From an uncultured Methanosarcinales archaeon (GTDB taxonomy: Archaea > Nanobdellota > Nanobdellia > Woesearchaeales > JAGWAF01): a stretch of 64,000 nucleotides of DNA. The stretch spans positions 2,710-66,709 of the forward strand of contig CAYPXA010000002.1 in NCBI GenBank assembly GCA_964414985.1, given 5' to 3'. The notes beneath the pieces were generated by a model. It had not been told where the DNA came from, made no database searches, and worked only from the letters and a program-made list of their open reading frames with translations. Below, one piece after another: positions 18,229 to 30,800 of the stretch (position 1 is the first letter of the stretch; each line of letters opens with the position of its first letter). Made by a program: the position numbers and the translations under genes.

Positions 18229-18354
18229 CATTGCCGCCAAGCGCATTTCAAACAAAAGCATTGCCGCCAAGCGAAGTAATTCTTGTGTGACATTGCTCAA
18301 AAGGTGACTCCTGCAAAGAAGCGGTGCAATAATAGTCACGGAGCGCGGCAATGC
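18229..18354 (+). mobile_element. MITE-like repeat copy C (module 1 only, with the left terminus duplicated at 18229-18243 and 18259-18273)
   Basis: CATTGCCGCCAAGCG occurs twice, then the core GGTGACTCCTGCAAAGAAGCGG, then GAGCGCGGCAATGC. Confidence 0.75.
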
Positions 18355-18537
18355 TGTTTGCAGTTTAGCGCTGCATTTTCATCAATTTTCTTATTTTTTC
18401 TGCATTCGAAAAGTATATAAATCAGTGCTGGAAAAGAAGCAGTTAGGGGTGTAAATTTTTTGGTTGGAAAGATGGTGATAGAAATAGTTTTAGCCAGTTT
18501 GTTTTCCAGGCAGCGCTCTCTTCTTCAAACAGAAACA

Positions 18538-18607
18538 TTTATATACCTTAATGAAGGAATTAGTACTAATTTGATAATAAAGTAATACTATATTAGTACT
18601 AATTTGA
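18538..18607 (+). promoter_or_regulatory. TATA-like box (18538-18545) followed by two palindromic operator-like sites
   Basis: AATTAGTACTAATT at 18558-18571 is a perfect 14-bp palindrome. ATTAGTACTAAT lies at 18592-18603. The 16-nt ATTAGTACTAATTTGA is repeated exactly, 33 nt apart. Confidence 0.55.
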
Positions 18608-18638
18608 ATACCGCAGCGAAAAAAAAGAGAAGCCAAGA

Positions 18639-18815
18639 ATGGTTAATGTAGTTGTCAATAATGGCCAGTACAAGATTACAATACCTAAAGATATTGCTCT
18701 CGAAAAAGGCTGGGATTCAAAGACAAAATTAAGGTTTGTTGAAGACGCAGAAGGAAACATAATTCTAAGGGAAATTGTTGATGCTCAAAGCAAGGCAAAG
18801 GGTGGGAGAAAATGA
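18639..18815 (+). CDS. AbrB/SpoVT-type (swapped-hairpin) small DNA-binding protein, 58 aa
   Basis: MVNVVVNNGQYKITIPKDIALEKGWDSKTKLRFVEDAEGNIILREI matches the xxITIPKxIxxxLG...GDxL...ILR pattern. It is not in the ORF track because it is under 60 aa. Its TGA overlaps the ATG of the giant ORF. Confidence 0.6.
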   Translation: MVNVVVNNGQYKITIPKDIALEKGWDSKTKLRFVEDAEGNIILREIVDAQSKAKGGRK

Positions 18816-21800
18816 AAAAATCCTTCCTGACTGGAGTCTGCTTGATTTCTGCACTAATGATTCTTGCATTTGCATCAATAGCTGCATCTGCGCAGACTGC
18901 AGATGAAAGCCTTAATGAACTGTTTGCAGCAGAGCTTTCGTTTTCCGCAACTGAAACAGGAATAGAAGGGACCTTGCTTGATGAGTATGTCTCACAGCAG
19001 GCAGTGTTCACTGAAAAAACTGATTCATCAAATGAAGAAAGCCTCATGAACATTCTTGCAGATGGATTGAAAGAAGAAAGTGAAAGCAGGTATTCAGCTT
19101 CAGCTAAAGCTTCAATTTTTTCAAATGGGTTTGAGGATTCAACAGGCGAAGGAATAAGCGGGTTCAACTCAAGCGTATGGACAGCACTTTACGGAACTGA
19201 CGGAGATGAAGCCTACATACAGACTGCAATGAAGCATTCAGGAACTTATGCTGCAAGGCTTGAGGAAGGAGATGAAGGAGATGTTGAGCTTATTACTGCT
19301 TCAGGCGCAATAAATCTTGAAGGAAAGGAAAACTGCACTCTTTCATTCTGGATGAGGCAGGAGTCTGTTGAAGGTGGAGAATACTGCTACATTGACATCT
19401 ACAACGGAACCTGGCAGAATTCAGTGCTCTCATTTACTGACACTGAAAATGAGGGGTCCTGGAATGAAGAGGAAATTTCGCTTGGTGTGTTTAATCCCGG
19501 AAGCAATTTCAGGCTTAGGTTCAGAGTGGAATACGGCCAGGACAATGATTACCTTGTTGTAGATGACATTGAAATAAGCTGCAATGAGGGTGCTGATACC
19601 ACACCTCCTGGAAAAGCAACAAAGCTTGACTCTGCTTTTGTATCGCAGGAATGGATTTACTGGAACTGGACAAACCCATCTGATGCTGACTTCAGCCACG
19701 CAATTGTATATATAGACGGAGACTGGAAAGCAAATACAACCTTAAATTATTACAATGCAACAGGGCTTGAGCCTTTCACAAACTGCAAAATTGATGTATA
19801 CACTGCTGACACAAGCGGAAATGTTAACCCTTCAAGCTCAACAAAGACAAAAAGGACTGCAAAATCCGAGATAAATGTAAGCGCTACAGTTTCAGACCCT
19901 GACAACAAAGTTGTCAACACCACTATTATAATATCAGATGAAAACGGCACAGTAAGCTACAATGAGACTGGAGATTATCACGAATTAAATATTCTGCAGG
20001 GCATATATAATATCCAGGTTCAGCCTGCCTCCCATCCTGTAAAAAGCATTTCAATAAAGAATGCCGAGCTTGTGGAAGAAAATTCAAACATTGTGCTGCT
20101 TGACATACCTCCCAACCTGAAAGGAACAAAGAATTATGTTATTAACCCTTTAATTAATTTCACAAATGCAACTATAGTTTCTGTTGCAGAAGACATCTAT
20201 CTCTACAAGTGCGCGTCGTGGAATTTTACAGCAAGGGAATGCCCTGATGGCTGGGAAAAGTTAATGAACCTTACAATCGGCGAGGAATACTCATTCACAA
20301 TTACTCCTGGAGATCCGGCATATTCTGAAAACGGCTCTGTTCCGGTCATCAACTCGATTTCAGACTCGCCTGACCCTGTCAACCAGAGCAAAAATATTGT
20401 GATAACTGCAAACGTTACTGACGAATACAAAGTCAGTAAAGTATGGGTGAAGATTAGCGGCACAAACTATACAATGCAGAAAATCAATGCAAACGTCTCA
20501 AAGCTGTTTACTGACGGATTTGAAAGGGCAACGCTGGGAGCAAACTGGACAACTTCAGGAGCAGGGGCTGCATGGACTACAACACAATGGGAAGGAGGGC
20601 CTTACCAGGGCAGCTATTCAGCATATACTGAAAATACGGGTGGAGAAAGCATAGTGACCTCTTCAAGAAGCACGGCAAACTATGAAAACGTCACCTTCAG
20701 CTTCTACGCGCTGACAACTGGAATGGATACTGGAGAGTATATTGCAGCAGACTGGTACAACGGCACTGCATGGGTCAACCTGCTTAACACGCAGACAATT
20801 GCAGCTTATACGTTGTACAGCTATCCATTAGGGACTGCTTCAAGAAACAATGCAAACTTCCAGGTTAGGTTCAGATGCTCATCAAACGCAAACAATGAAA
20901 GGTGCCACGTTGACAATGTAAACATAACTGCAAGAAAGATTTATCCGATTTATAGGTATGCATACAACACTTCTAACCTGATTGGAGGACTGCACTATTA
21001 CACAGTCTATGCAAACGACACTGGGGGGAATAATGCAGCTCCAAAGACTGGAAACTTTACAGTCAAGGAATACATCAAGCCAAGCGTATTTGGCTTAATC
21101 CCTGTTGCAGGAACATCATACCAGACAAACATAACAATACAGATTGCAGCAAATGCAACAGACTTTTCAGGAATAAGCAAGGTAATTGCAATGATTGATT
21201 ATCCTAACAGCACAAAGTACAATCTGACATTAACAAATGCTGCTGGCGCAAAATACAATGCGTCATTCACAATCCCAATGCTTGCAGGAAGGTATAATAT
21301 TACCATATTTGCAAATGACACTGGAAACAACATAAACAACACCCAAAAAACATATTTTACTGCAACAGGAAATGCAGACTTAAACCCAACTTCAAACTCG
21401 CCTGCAGACCAGCAGGTTGAGCTCGGCTCAATTGCATCAATCCCCTGGATTCTGTATGATGATGTAAGCCCAGGCTATTATTATGTAAAAAGGAACGGCA
21501 CTTTGTTTTACGGGCCTGAAGCATGGACAAACGGAAGCATATTGAACATAAAGCCAAACACATTCTTCCTTGGAAGCTGGGCTTATACTATTTATTACAA
21601 TGACTCTTACGGCAACAACGGCACTTCAGACACTGTGATAATTACAGTAGTTGACAACATAACTGCAAACTGCTCTGACCTGCCTTTTGCAGATTCAGGC
21701 GCTCCGCTTCTGAAAAGCATAACAGTAAACGGCGAAATGTCAGACTGGGATTCTGTGCTTGAAGACCCTGCAAACGTAATGACCGACTTAAGCACTATTG

Positions 21801-24800
21801 CAGGAGACCTTGACATTGTAGGCACTGCAGACAGGGACATCACCCTGTTTTCTTACACGTGGAATGAAAGCCATCTTTTTACATTGTGGAACAGGGTTGC
21901 TACAGGAAAGAACATTGCATCAATGCTGATGTACATTGATTACGGCAATGACGGCTACATGAACTCAACAGACAAAGTGCTGAAGTTTACATGGTCAGGC
22001 TCAAACAGGCAGTATGATGCTGACATTTACAATTATATTCCTGCAGGAGGAACTCCTGACTTGATGAACGGCTCTGGCTATGACATGCCTGGCTCAATAA
22101 CCAACAACAAGAGCATTTCAACTGGTATTTTAGGGGGTGCAATTTCAGGAATTGCGCTTGAGACAATGGTCAAGTGGTCAGACATTTTCCTTTCAGGTCC
22201 GGAGCCTTTGACAATACAGCCAGGCTCTGCACTGTCAACAGGAACAAACCTTCCTTCGCAGCTTGAAGACAATATTAATGTTGTCCAGACTAACTACCCT
22301 GCGCTTTTGTTTAGGCCTGCAACAACTTCAAAGTCAGCGCAAAACGGAACTTCAGCTTATTACTTGCATGAGCTTGTTGGATGCGGATTGACGCATGACA
22401 CATTTGATTTGGCAAATACCTCAACCCAGGGATGGGCTATAACCTATTATTATCCAAACGGAACATTAGTTTCAGATACCAACAGCGACGGAAAGCCAGA
22501 TGTGCACCTTGACTACAACGACTATACTGCCCTCATTGCAAAGATTGATGTGCCTGGAAGCACTTTATTCGGCACAACAGACACAACAACAATAACTGCA
22601 ACTTCAGAATTCAGGCCATCTTACTACAGGCAGGTTCAGGACATCACTACAGTCGGAGACATAACAATAACTCCAAACCAGATAATAACCTGCGGAGTCA
22701 ACGGAAGCAATTCTTCATTCAGCTATACAGTATCCAACTTCCAGGGCTTTGCAGACACAATTGAGATTTCAGGAACTTCCTCTTACGGATGGAATGTGCT
22801 TCTGTATGATGAGAATATGACCATTTATACAGACACTGATGGAGACAGCCACATAGATTTGGGCAATATGTCTGCAGGCTCTGAAAAAACAGTCAATGTT
22901 ATTCTTCAGATACCTGCAGCAGCATCAAGAGGCACAAACGATACTGTTACAATGAGGATTAACTCTTCAGTTTCTCCTTCAATGACTGCAACTGCAACAG
23001 GCAAGGCTACTGTCAGCAAGAGAGTTGAGATTTATCCTGACTATAATGTTTCAGTTGGAGTGCTGTCAGGAACTTTCTTTGAGCTTAATGTCAAGAACTG
23101 CCAGTGCAAGCCTGATACTATTGATATAACCTACTGGGCAAGAGTTGGATGGAACACTACTTTTTACCAGACTGACAAGACAAACCTGCTCTTGGATACA
23201 GACTTTGATTCAGTGCAGGATGTTGGGAACTTAAGCTCATGCGGAGGAACATACAAAATGTATGCCAAGATAGTAGCGCCTCCAAATCCTCCATCAAATG
23301 ATACAATCCTTGTTTATGCAAACACCTCGCGAATGCCTATGGCGTATGATACTTCAACTATCAACCTATTTGCGCAGAAAGTCACAACTTACTCAAATGC
23401 TGCAAGGACAACACCTTCTGCAGTGTTTGAAGTAAAAAGCACAGTGTATGCAAAAGCAAGCGGCCTTGAAAGCATAAACAATGTCTATTTTGTATGGGTC
23501 GATCCTGACAGCGTAATCAAAAGGGTCAGCCCTGACCTGCCAGTATCTTCGCAGGACGAAGCAGATGATGCTTTGGCAACAAACATCTCGCTTGTGCTTG
23601 GCAACTGGACAATAATAGTCTACGATGCACAGAATGATGACGAACTTGGCAGGAACATATTCCTCTTGAGAGACACCCAGAAGCCAAAGATAACTCTTAA
23701 TGAGCCGCCGCTGAATTATAAGACCAGAAATGGAACTATAAAGTTCAACTGGACTGCAACTGACAACTATGATATGAACCTTTCCTGCAACCTTACAATA
23801 AACTCAATGGTTTATGCTTCAAATGTCAGCTCTCCAAACGGAACAAAGACAAGTTATACTGTTTCAGGCCTTGCAGACGGCTATTACAGATGGAATGTTA
23901 CATGCATTGACGATTCAAGGAACAAGAACACTTCAATTACAAGAAACTTTACTGTAGACCACACAAATCCAAAGCTTTACCTTGCAAGCCCTGTGAATTA
24001 CTACAACACTTCGCTTACATCTGTCAATTTCACTTGGAACGCAACAGACAATGTAGACCCCTGGTTGTCATGCAATTTGAGCATTGACGGAAAAGTTAAT
24101 GTTTCAAACATTGCATCGCAGAATTCAAAGCTGAAGACTCAGGCTGTTTCAGGCTTCATTGAGGGATTGCACAACTGGAGCGTTGTTTGCTGGGATGACT
24201 TAAACAATAAGAATTATTCGCAGACAAGGTATTTCACTGTAGACAACACAAAGCCTAATGTTGTGCTTAACTATCCTCCAAACCAGTTTAACACAACTTT
24301 ATCCACAATTAATTTCAATTGGACTGCAACAGACAATTTAGACCCTGTGCTTAAGTGCAATCTTACAATTAACGGCACAGTGTATGCCGCGAACAGGAAC
24401 TCGCCTTCAGGCGTTCCGACTAATTATACTGTTACAGGAATTGCGGACGGAACTTATTACTGGAATGTGACCTGCGCTGATGACTCTGGAAACAAAAACA
24501 CATCAATCACAAGAATATTCACAAGGGATACAAAAGCGCCGCAAATCCAGTTTGTTTATCCAACAACTGAAACAGGCAACTACTCGCAGAGCTGGATTTA
24601 TACAAATGTTACAGCTTATGACAAAAACCTGAAGAACATAACAACCTACTTGTACAACACAACAGGATTGGTTTCAGCGCAGTCAAGCACAGCTTCGCCA
24701 TTGCAACACAATTTCACATCGCTTCCAGAAGGAAAATACTACATAAACGCAACAGCTTATGATTACACCGGCAATAAGAATTCGACAGAGACAAGAGTGA

Positions 24801-27800
24801 TAATACTTGACAGGACAAAGCCTAGCGTTGTTCTTAACTATCCTCCAAACAATTACAACAGCTCATCAGGCACAATCAATTTCAACTGGACTGCTTATGA
24901 CAACATGGATGCAATATTAGTTTGCAATCTTACAATAAACGGAACTGTCTACGCAAGCAACATCAACAGCCCGAATGCAACTCCGGTTAATTATACAGTC
25001 AGCGGTTTAAGCGACGGCCACTATTCCTGGAATGTAACATGTATAGACAATGCAAACAACAAAAACACTTCAGAGACAAGGACTTTTACAGTCGACAGTG
25101 TGAAGCCTTCAGTAGCGCTGAACTGGCCTCCAAACAGCTACAACACTTCATCAACATCAATTAATTTCAACTGGACTGCAACAAACGGAATAGACCCTGT
25201 GCTTGACTGCAACCTTACAATAGACGGAGTTGTAAACAAGTCAAATATTGCATCGCCTGCCGGAGCCCCAACCAATTACACAGTAAGCGGCTTTGCACAA
25301 GGCTACCATTCATGGAATGTTACGTGCAGGGATGACTCTGGAAACTACAACACTTCAGAAACAAGAACATTCCTTGTTGATTACACAGCGCCAAGCATAG
25401 CCCTGAACTATCCTCCGAACTACTTCAACACTTCATCAAGCTCAATTAATTTCAACTGGACTGCAGCGGATAATTACGATGCTTTGCTAAGGTGCAACCT
25501 CACAATAAACGGAACAGTGTATGCCTCAAACAGGAACTCTCCTTCAGGAACTCCAACTAATTATACAGTCAGCAGCCTTGTGGACGGAACTTATTACTGG
25601 AATGTAACCTGCGCTGATGACTCTGGAAACTACAACACTTCTGAAACAAGGATTTTCACAAAGGACACAACTAAGCCGAATGTTGTGCTTAACGCACCAA
25701 TCAACAACTATAATACTTCATCTGCTGCAATCAGCTTCAACTGGACTGCTTACGACAATCTTGATCCTGTGCTTAAGTGCAATCTTACAATTAACGGCAC
25801 AGTGTACGCAAGCAACATCAACAGCCCAACAGGAATTGCAACAAACTATACAGTTACAGGTCTTGCAGACGGTGTATACACTTGGAATGTAACCTGTGCT
25901 GACAATCTTGGAAACTACAACACTTCTGAAACAAGGATTTTCACAAAGGACACCACAAATCCAACAGTGATACTGAATTCGCCTGCTGCAAACTATTATG
26001 AGAACATCTCAACTGCTTCAAAGCTCATGGCTTTCAACTGCTCTGCAACAGACAACATTGCATTAAAGAACATTTCATTATACCTTACAAACAGCAGCAA
26101 CCAATCATTTATGTTCAACAGCACTTCTGCGCTAAGCGGAACATCGGATTCTGCGCAGTGGCAGATAAGCCTAAAACCTGGCAACTACACCTGGAATTGC
26201 ATTGCCTATGACAGGCTGGGCAATTATGATTGGGGTGTGAACAGGACAATAAGAATAAGGTATGTGCCAATGGTAAACCCTTATGTTGACCTGCTTGCGC
26301 CTGCAAACAACTCGTACGATTCAAACGGCCAGGTCACTTTCAAGTACAATGTTACAAACACGTATCCAATAAGCAACTGCACATTATACCTTAATGGCAC
26401 AGCATACATGACTGATTTCAGCGTTACAAGAAACATATCAGAGTCTTTGCAGATAACAAACCTTGGAGAAGGAGTCTGGAACTGGGTTATATCCTGCACC
26501 AATAACATGGGCAGCACAGGAAACTCAAGCTCCGGAGTAATAATAGTGCAGTTCCCTTACAATTGGACAAATGCAACTCTCATAATCAATGAGACCATAA
26601 TGAATGCAGACGGCCAGCCAATTTCAGCAGTAATTGAGCTTATTGACTCAAGGTCAGGCGAGATTGACACAAACACAACTTCAGGAACACTGCAGAACAT
26701 AACCTCTGGAACTTATGATATTGTGATAAAGCCAAGCATCCTTAACATAACAAGCATCATTTTGGCAAATGTCAGCGTGACAGCAAACATTACAGACATA
26801 ATTGACATTGACAACTTCACAACTTCAGAATACAGCTTTGCAAACACATTTGCAATCAGCCCGCTGATTGATGATTATGATTTCATAAACATAACCAGGC
26901 AAGCGGAAACAGGAGACATATTCATATGCGATGAATGGAATTTTACAAACCAGAGCTGCACAGGAGAATGGCTGAAGACAGGAAACTATAATCCTGGAGA
27001 CAACTACAGCATTGCATATTACGGAAATGGCTCATTTGCATTTGTCGAGAGCAACTACACAATAAACCTGCTCAACCAGAATAATTTCCTGATAAGGAAC
27101 AGCCAGACTGAGACAAGCCAGGCAGGCTCAATAGTTGATGTACTGCTGGTGCCTGTGGACAGCAGTGTTTTCAGGAACATAACCGTAACTGCGCACAACA
27201 CATTAAGCGTAAGCAACGACCTGAAGATAGACATAATTCCAAACAGGACAGGATTTGTTCAGTCCTACCTCATAGACCCAGCAGCGCTTAATTTCATTAA
27301 TGCAACATTGTACAAGAATGCATCCAACAGAAGCGTTTCAGTATGGAAGTGCCTCAACTACAGCTATGAAGAAGAAGCGTGCATGGAAGACCTCATATTT
27401 GTCAGCAGCATAGCTTCAAACAGCGATTACATGATTTTCTTCAATGCAACAGACCCAGTCTTTATCGAGCAGCCAGGGCCATTAGACGGAAAAGACTCAT
27501 ACATCAATGAGCAGGCTCCAACTACAAACTATGGCAATGCAGACGAGTTCAGGCTTGACAACAGGAATGCAAGAACGCAGAGGGCAATAATTGAATGGAA
27601 CCTTTCAGGCATACCAAGCGGAGTGCAGATTACAAGCGCAGTAATGGGAATGTATTTGCATACCCAGACAGGCGGAGCGATGAGCACTCAGGCTGTAAGA
27701 GTCAACCAGACCTGGGCTGAAGCAACAGTCACATGGAACAACAGGCCTACATTTGATGCAACAGCTTATGACACAGTAAGCGTCTCAACAATTGGATGGA

Positions 27801-30800
27801 ATTATTGGAACATAACAAGCCTTGCTGCATCCTGGTACAACGGAACTTTTGCAAATCAGGGATTATACATAAAGCCGGCAACAGAGCAGGCAGGAACAAC
27901 AAACCTCCTCAAGAGGTTCTATAGTTCTGATTATATTACAGACATAACTCTAAGGCCTAAGCTGAACATAACATGGATGGACATAACGCCTCCAAATGTA
28001 ACTCTAAATTATCCTCCTGCAAATTTTGTAAACACAACAAGCGGCCAGAATATTAATTTCAACTGCTCTGCAACAGACAATGTCAATCTCACAAACATCT
28101 CTCTTTACATCACAAACAGCCAGAACCTTTCATTCAGCCTTAATCAGACTTCATCAATAACAGGAACAGCAAATGAATCAACTTGGACTGTTTACCTTGG
28201 AGCAGGAAACTACACCTGGAACTGCAAAGCATATGACACTCAAGGATTATATGACTGGGGAATAAACAGGACAATTAAGCTGACTCCAATGATGGACAAT
28301 ACTCCTCCATCAGTAATAATCACAAGCCCGCTGAATGACACTTTGTTCAACCAATCCTCAAACATAAGCATAAAGGCAAATGTGACTGATGATTATGGAG
28401 TAAGCACTGTCTTTGCAAATGTGACCTGGGACAGTGCTTATGAAACAATAACGCTTTCTTATAATGGAACAAGCGGATTGTGGGAAGGAGTATTCACAAA
28501 CACCACATTTATAGGATTTTACAACATAACCATATGGGCAAATGACACAAGCAGCAACATAAACAATACAGAATATGTTTCAGTTAGGGTTGGAAAGTAC
28601 AAGATAAAAGGATACATAACCAATTCAAACTATTCAAATGTGCCGTCTGCAGTCTACCTGTACAACCTGTCAGGAGCGCTTCTCGCCCAGGACAATGAAG
28701 TTTATGAGTTTTTCATGGACCAGGGCAAGATGTATAATCTAAGGGTTGTGCCTTCAGCAGGAAGCCTTAAGGAATTGTATTTCTTCAATGCAACTGTTTC
28801 AGCAGATGTCATAAACTTCACAAGGCTGGAAGACACAAACAACAGCATAGCATCAAGGCCTTACTATGACTTCAACTGGACAGAGCTGGTTTCATGGCTG
28901 CCGCATCCTAATCTTGAGTTCAGCTATGTGAGGCTCAATATGACTTACGGCGCAGGCTCAAACCTTTCACTGTTTAAGTGCGCAGCGTGGGACTTTGACA
29001 GCCAGAACTGCACAAATCCCCAAAACTGGACTGTAATTTCACAGATAGCTGACGGGCCTTCATACATACTTTATAATTTCACAAAAGGAGACCCTGCAGT
29101 AGGAGCAGGCCCAGGAGACCAGATTCCAACAACAACATTGAATTATCCGCCAGACAATTACGTGAACAGCACAGCAAGCCCTGCAAATGTAACATTCAAC
29201 TGCTCTGCTTCAGACACAACAGGAACAAACAAGGGCATAGTCAACATCAGCCTTTACATAACAAATTCAAACAATGCATCATTCAGCCTTAACCAGACTT
29301 ATTACAGCCCAACAAACGGCACAACACTGACAGGAATTTTCAGCTTGCTGCTCGGAACAGGAAACTATACCTGGAACTGCATTGCTTATGACCTTGGAGG
29401 AAACTATGACTGGGCAGACCAGAACAGGACTTTGAAAGTGAATTACACTTCAATGGACAATACTGCTCCGTCAGTAATACTTGTAAGCCCCACTCCAGGC
29501 CAGAACTTCAACCAGACAAACTATGTGCTTATTGCAGTAAACGCAACAGACGATTATGCAGTTGACACTGTCCTTGCAAATGTTACCTGGGATTCAACAT
29601 ACCAGCAGATTGCGCTTGTCTACAACAGCGGAACAGGCCTGTACGAGGCAAACTTTACAAACACAACTTATGTAGTTTCAATTCCTGAAAGGTACAACAT
29701 AAGCATTTTTGCAAACGATACTTCAGGAAATGTAAACAATTCCATCACTGGATACTTCTATGTGAATGACATTACTCCGCCTTACATCAGCATAATCCAG
29801 CCTGCAAACAACTCGAACTATGCCCTTAACCAAAACGTTTCAATCAGCGTTAATGTAACAGACTATTATTATGACAATGTAAATGCTGTTTATGCAAACA
29901 TCACCTGGAGCGGAGGAACCCAGACAATATCTCTTACAGAAACAGGAAACACCCAGATTTTCACAGGAACTTTCACTAATACAACTGCATTCGGCATTTA
30001 CAACATTACGGTTTTTGCAAACGACACATCTTCAAACAGCAACACTAAGAAAGGCTACTTTAATGTGATACAGGCAACAGTAATTATTTCAGGAATAACC
30101 TGCTCGCTGACTGAATCTCCGCAGGTTGTTGAGTCTGGAGAAAAGATACTGTTCCAGGGAGACTTCTCTTACAGCGACGGAAAACCTGCAGCGCAGGCAA
30201 ATGTAAGCCAGGCAAACATAACTATCTACAGGGTAAACAGCACAAACACAACAATAGTGCACACAAGCACAATGGCGTTCCTCCAGAGCGGAATATGGTA
30301 TTACAACTGGGATGCAGGAGCTTATGAAAATGCAAACTACATGGCAGTTGCAAATGTAAAGACAAATGCTGTTCCTCCAGGATATGCATCCTGCTCTGCA
30401 TTGTTCACAATTTCAGGAAGAGGCGTTTTCAAGGTTCTTGGAATAAGCCCGGACCTCACAAATGTAAACCAGACTGTCAAGCTTGGAGTTGAAGTCACTT
30501 TCAATGGAGAGGATGTTGACAGCTCAAAAATTACAAATCCTGAACTTTGGGTTGCAAAAGTAAACGGCTCAACGCAGCACTACAACAGCTCAACAGGGCT
30601 TTCAGTAGCTGACGGCCTGATTTATCTTGACGGCCAGTTCAATGAAACAGGAGTATACTATCTCAACTGGAGCTTCACATACTACAACAGGACAAAAACT
30701 GCAAAGGAAATTGTTGTTGCAAAAGACTGGGATGAAAAATTAAGCAACCTGTCAATGAACAGCGAAGTATACCAGCTTGTGCTTGAGAACAAGCAGAGGC

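Noticed and set aside
18462-18575. 37-aa ORF (MVIEIVLASLFS...) upstream of the AbrB-like gene
   Set aside because: It has no RBS, runs across the TATA box and the first operator palindrome, and has no recognisable fold.
23669-26262. Regularly spaced repeats that might be mistaken for a CRISPR array
   Set aside because: The period is 285 nt, the whole unit is repeated with no unique spacers, and it lies in-frame within a long ORF. These are protein domain repeats.
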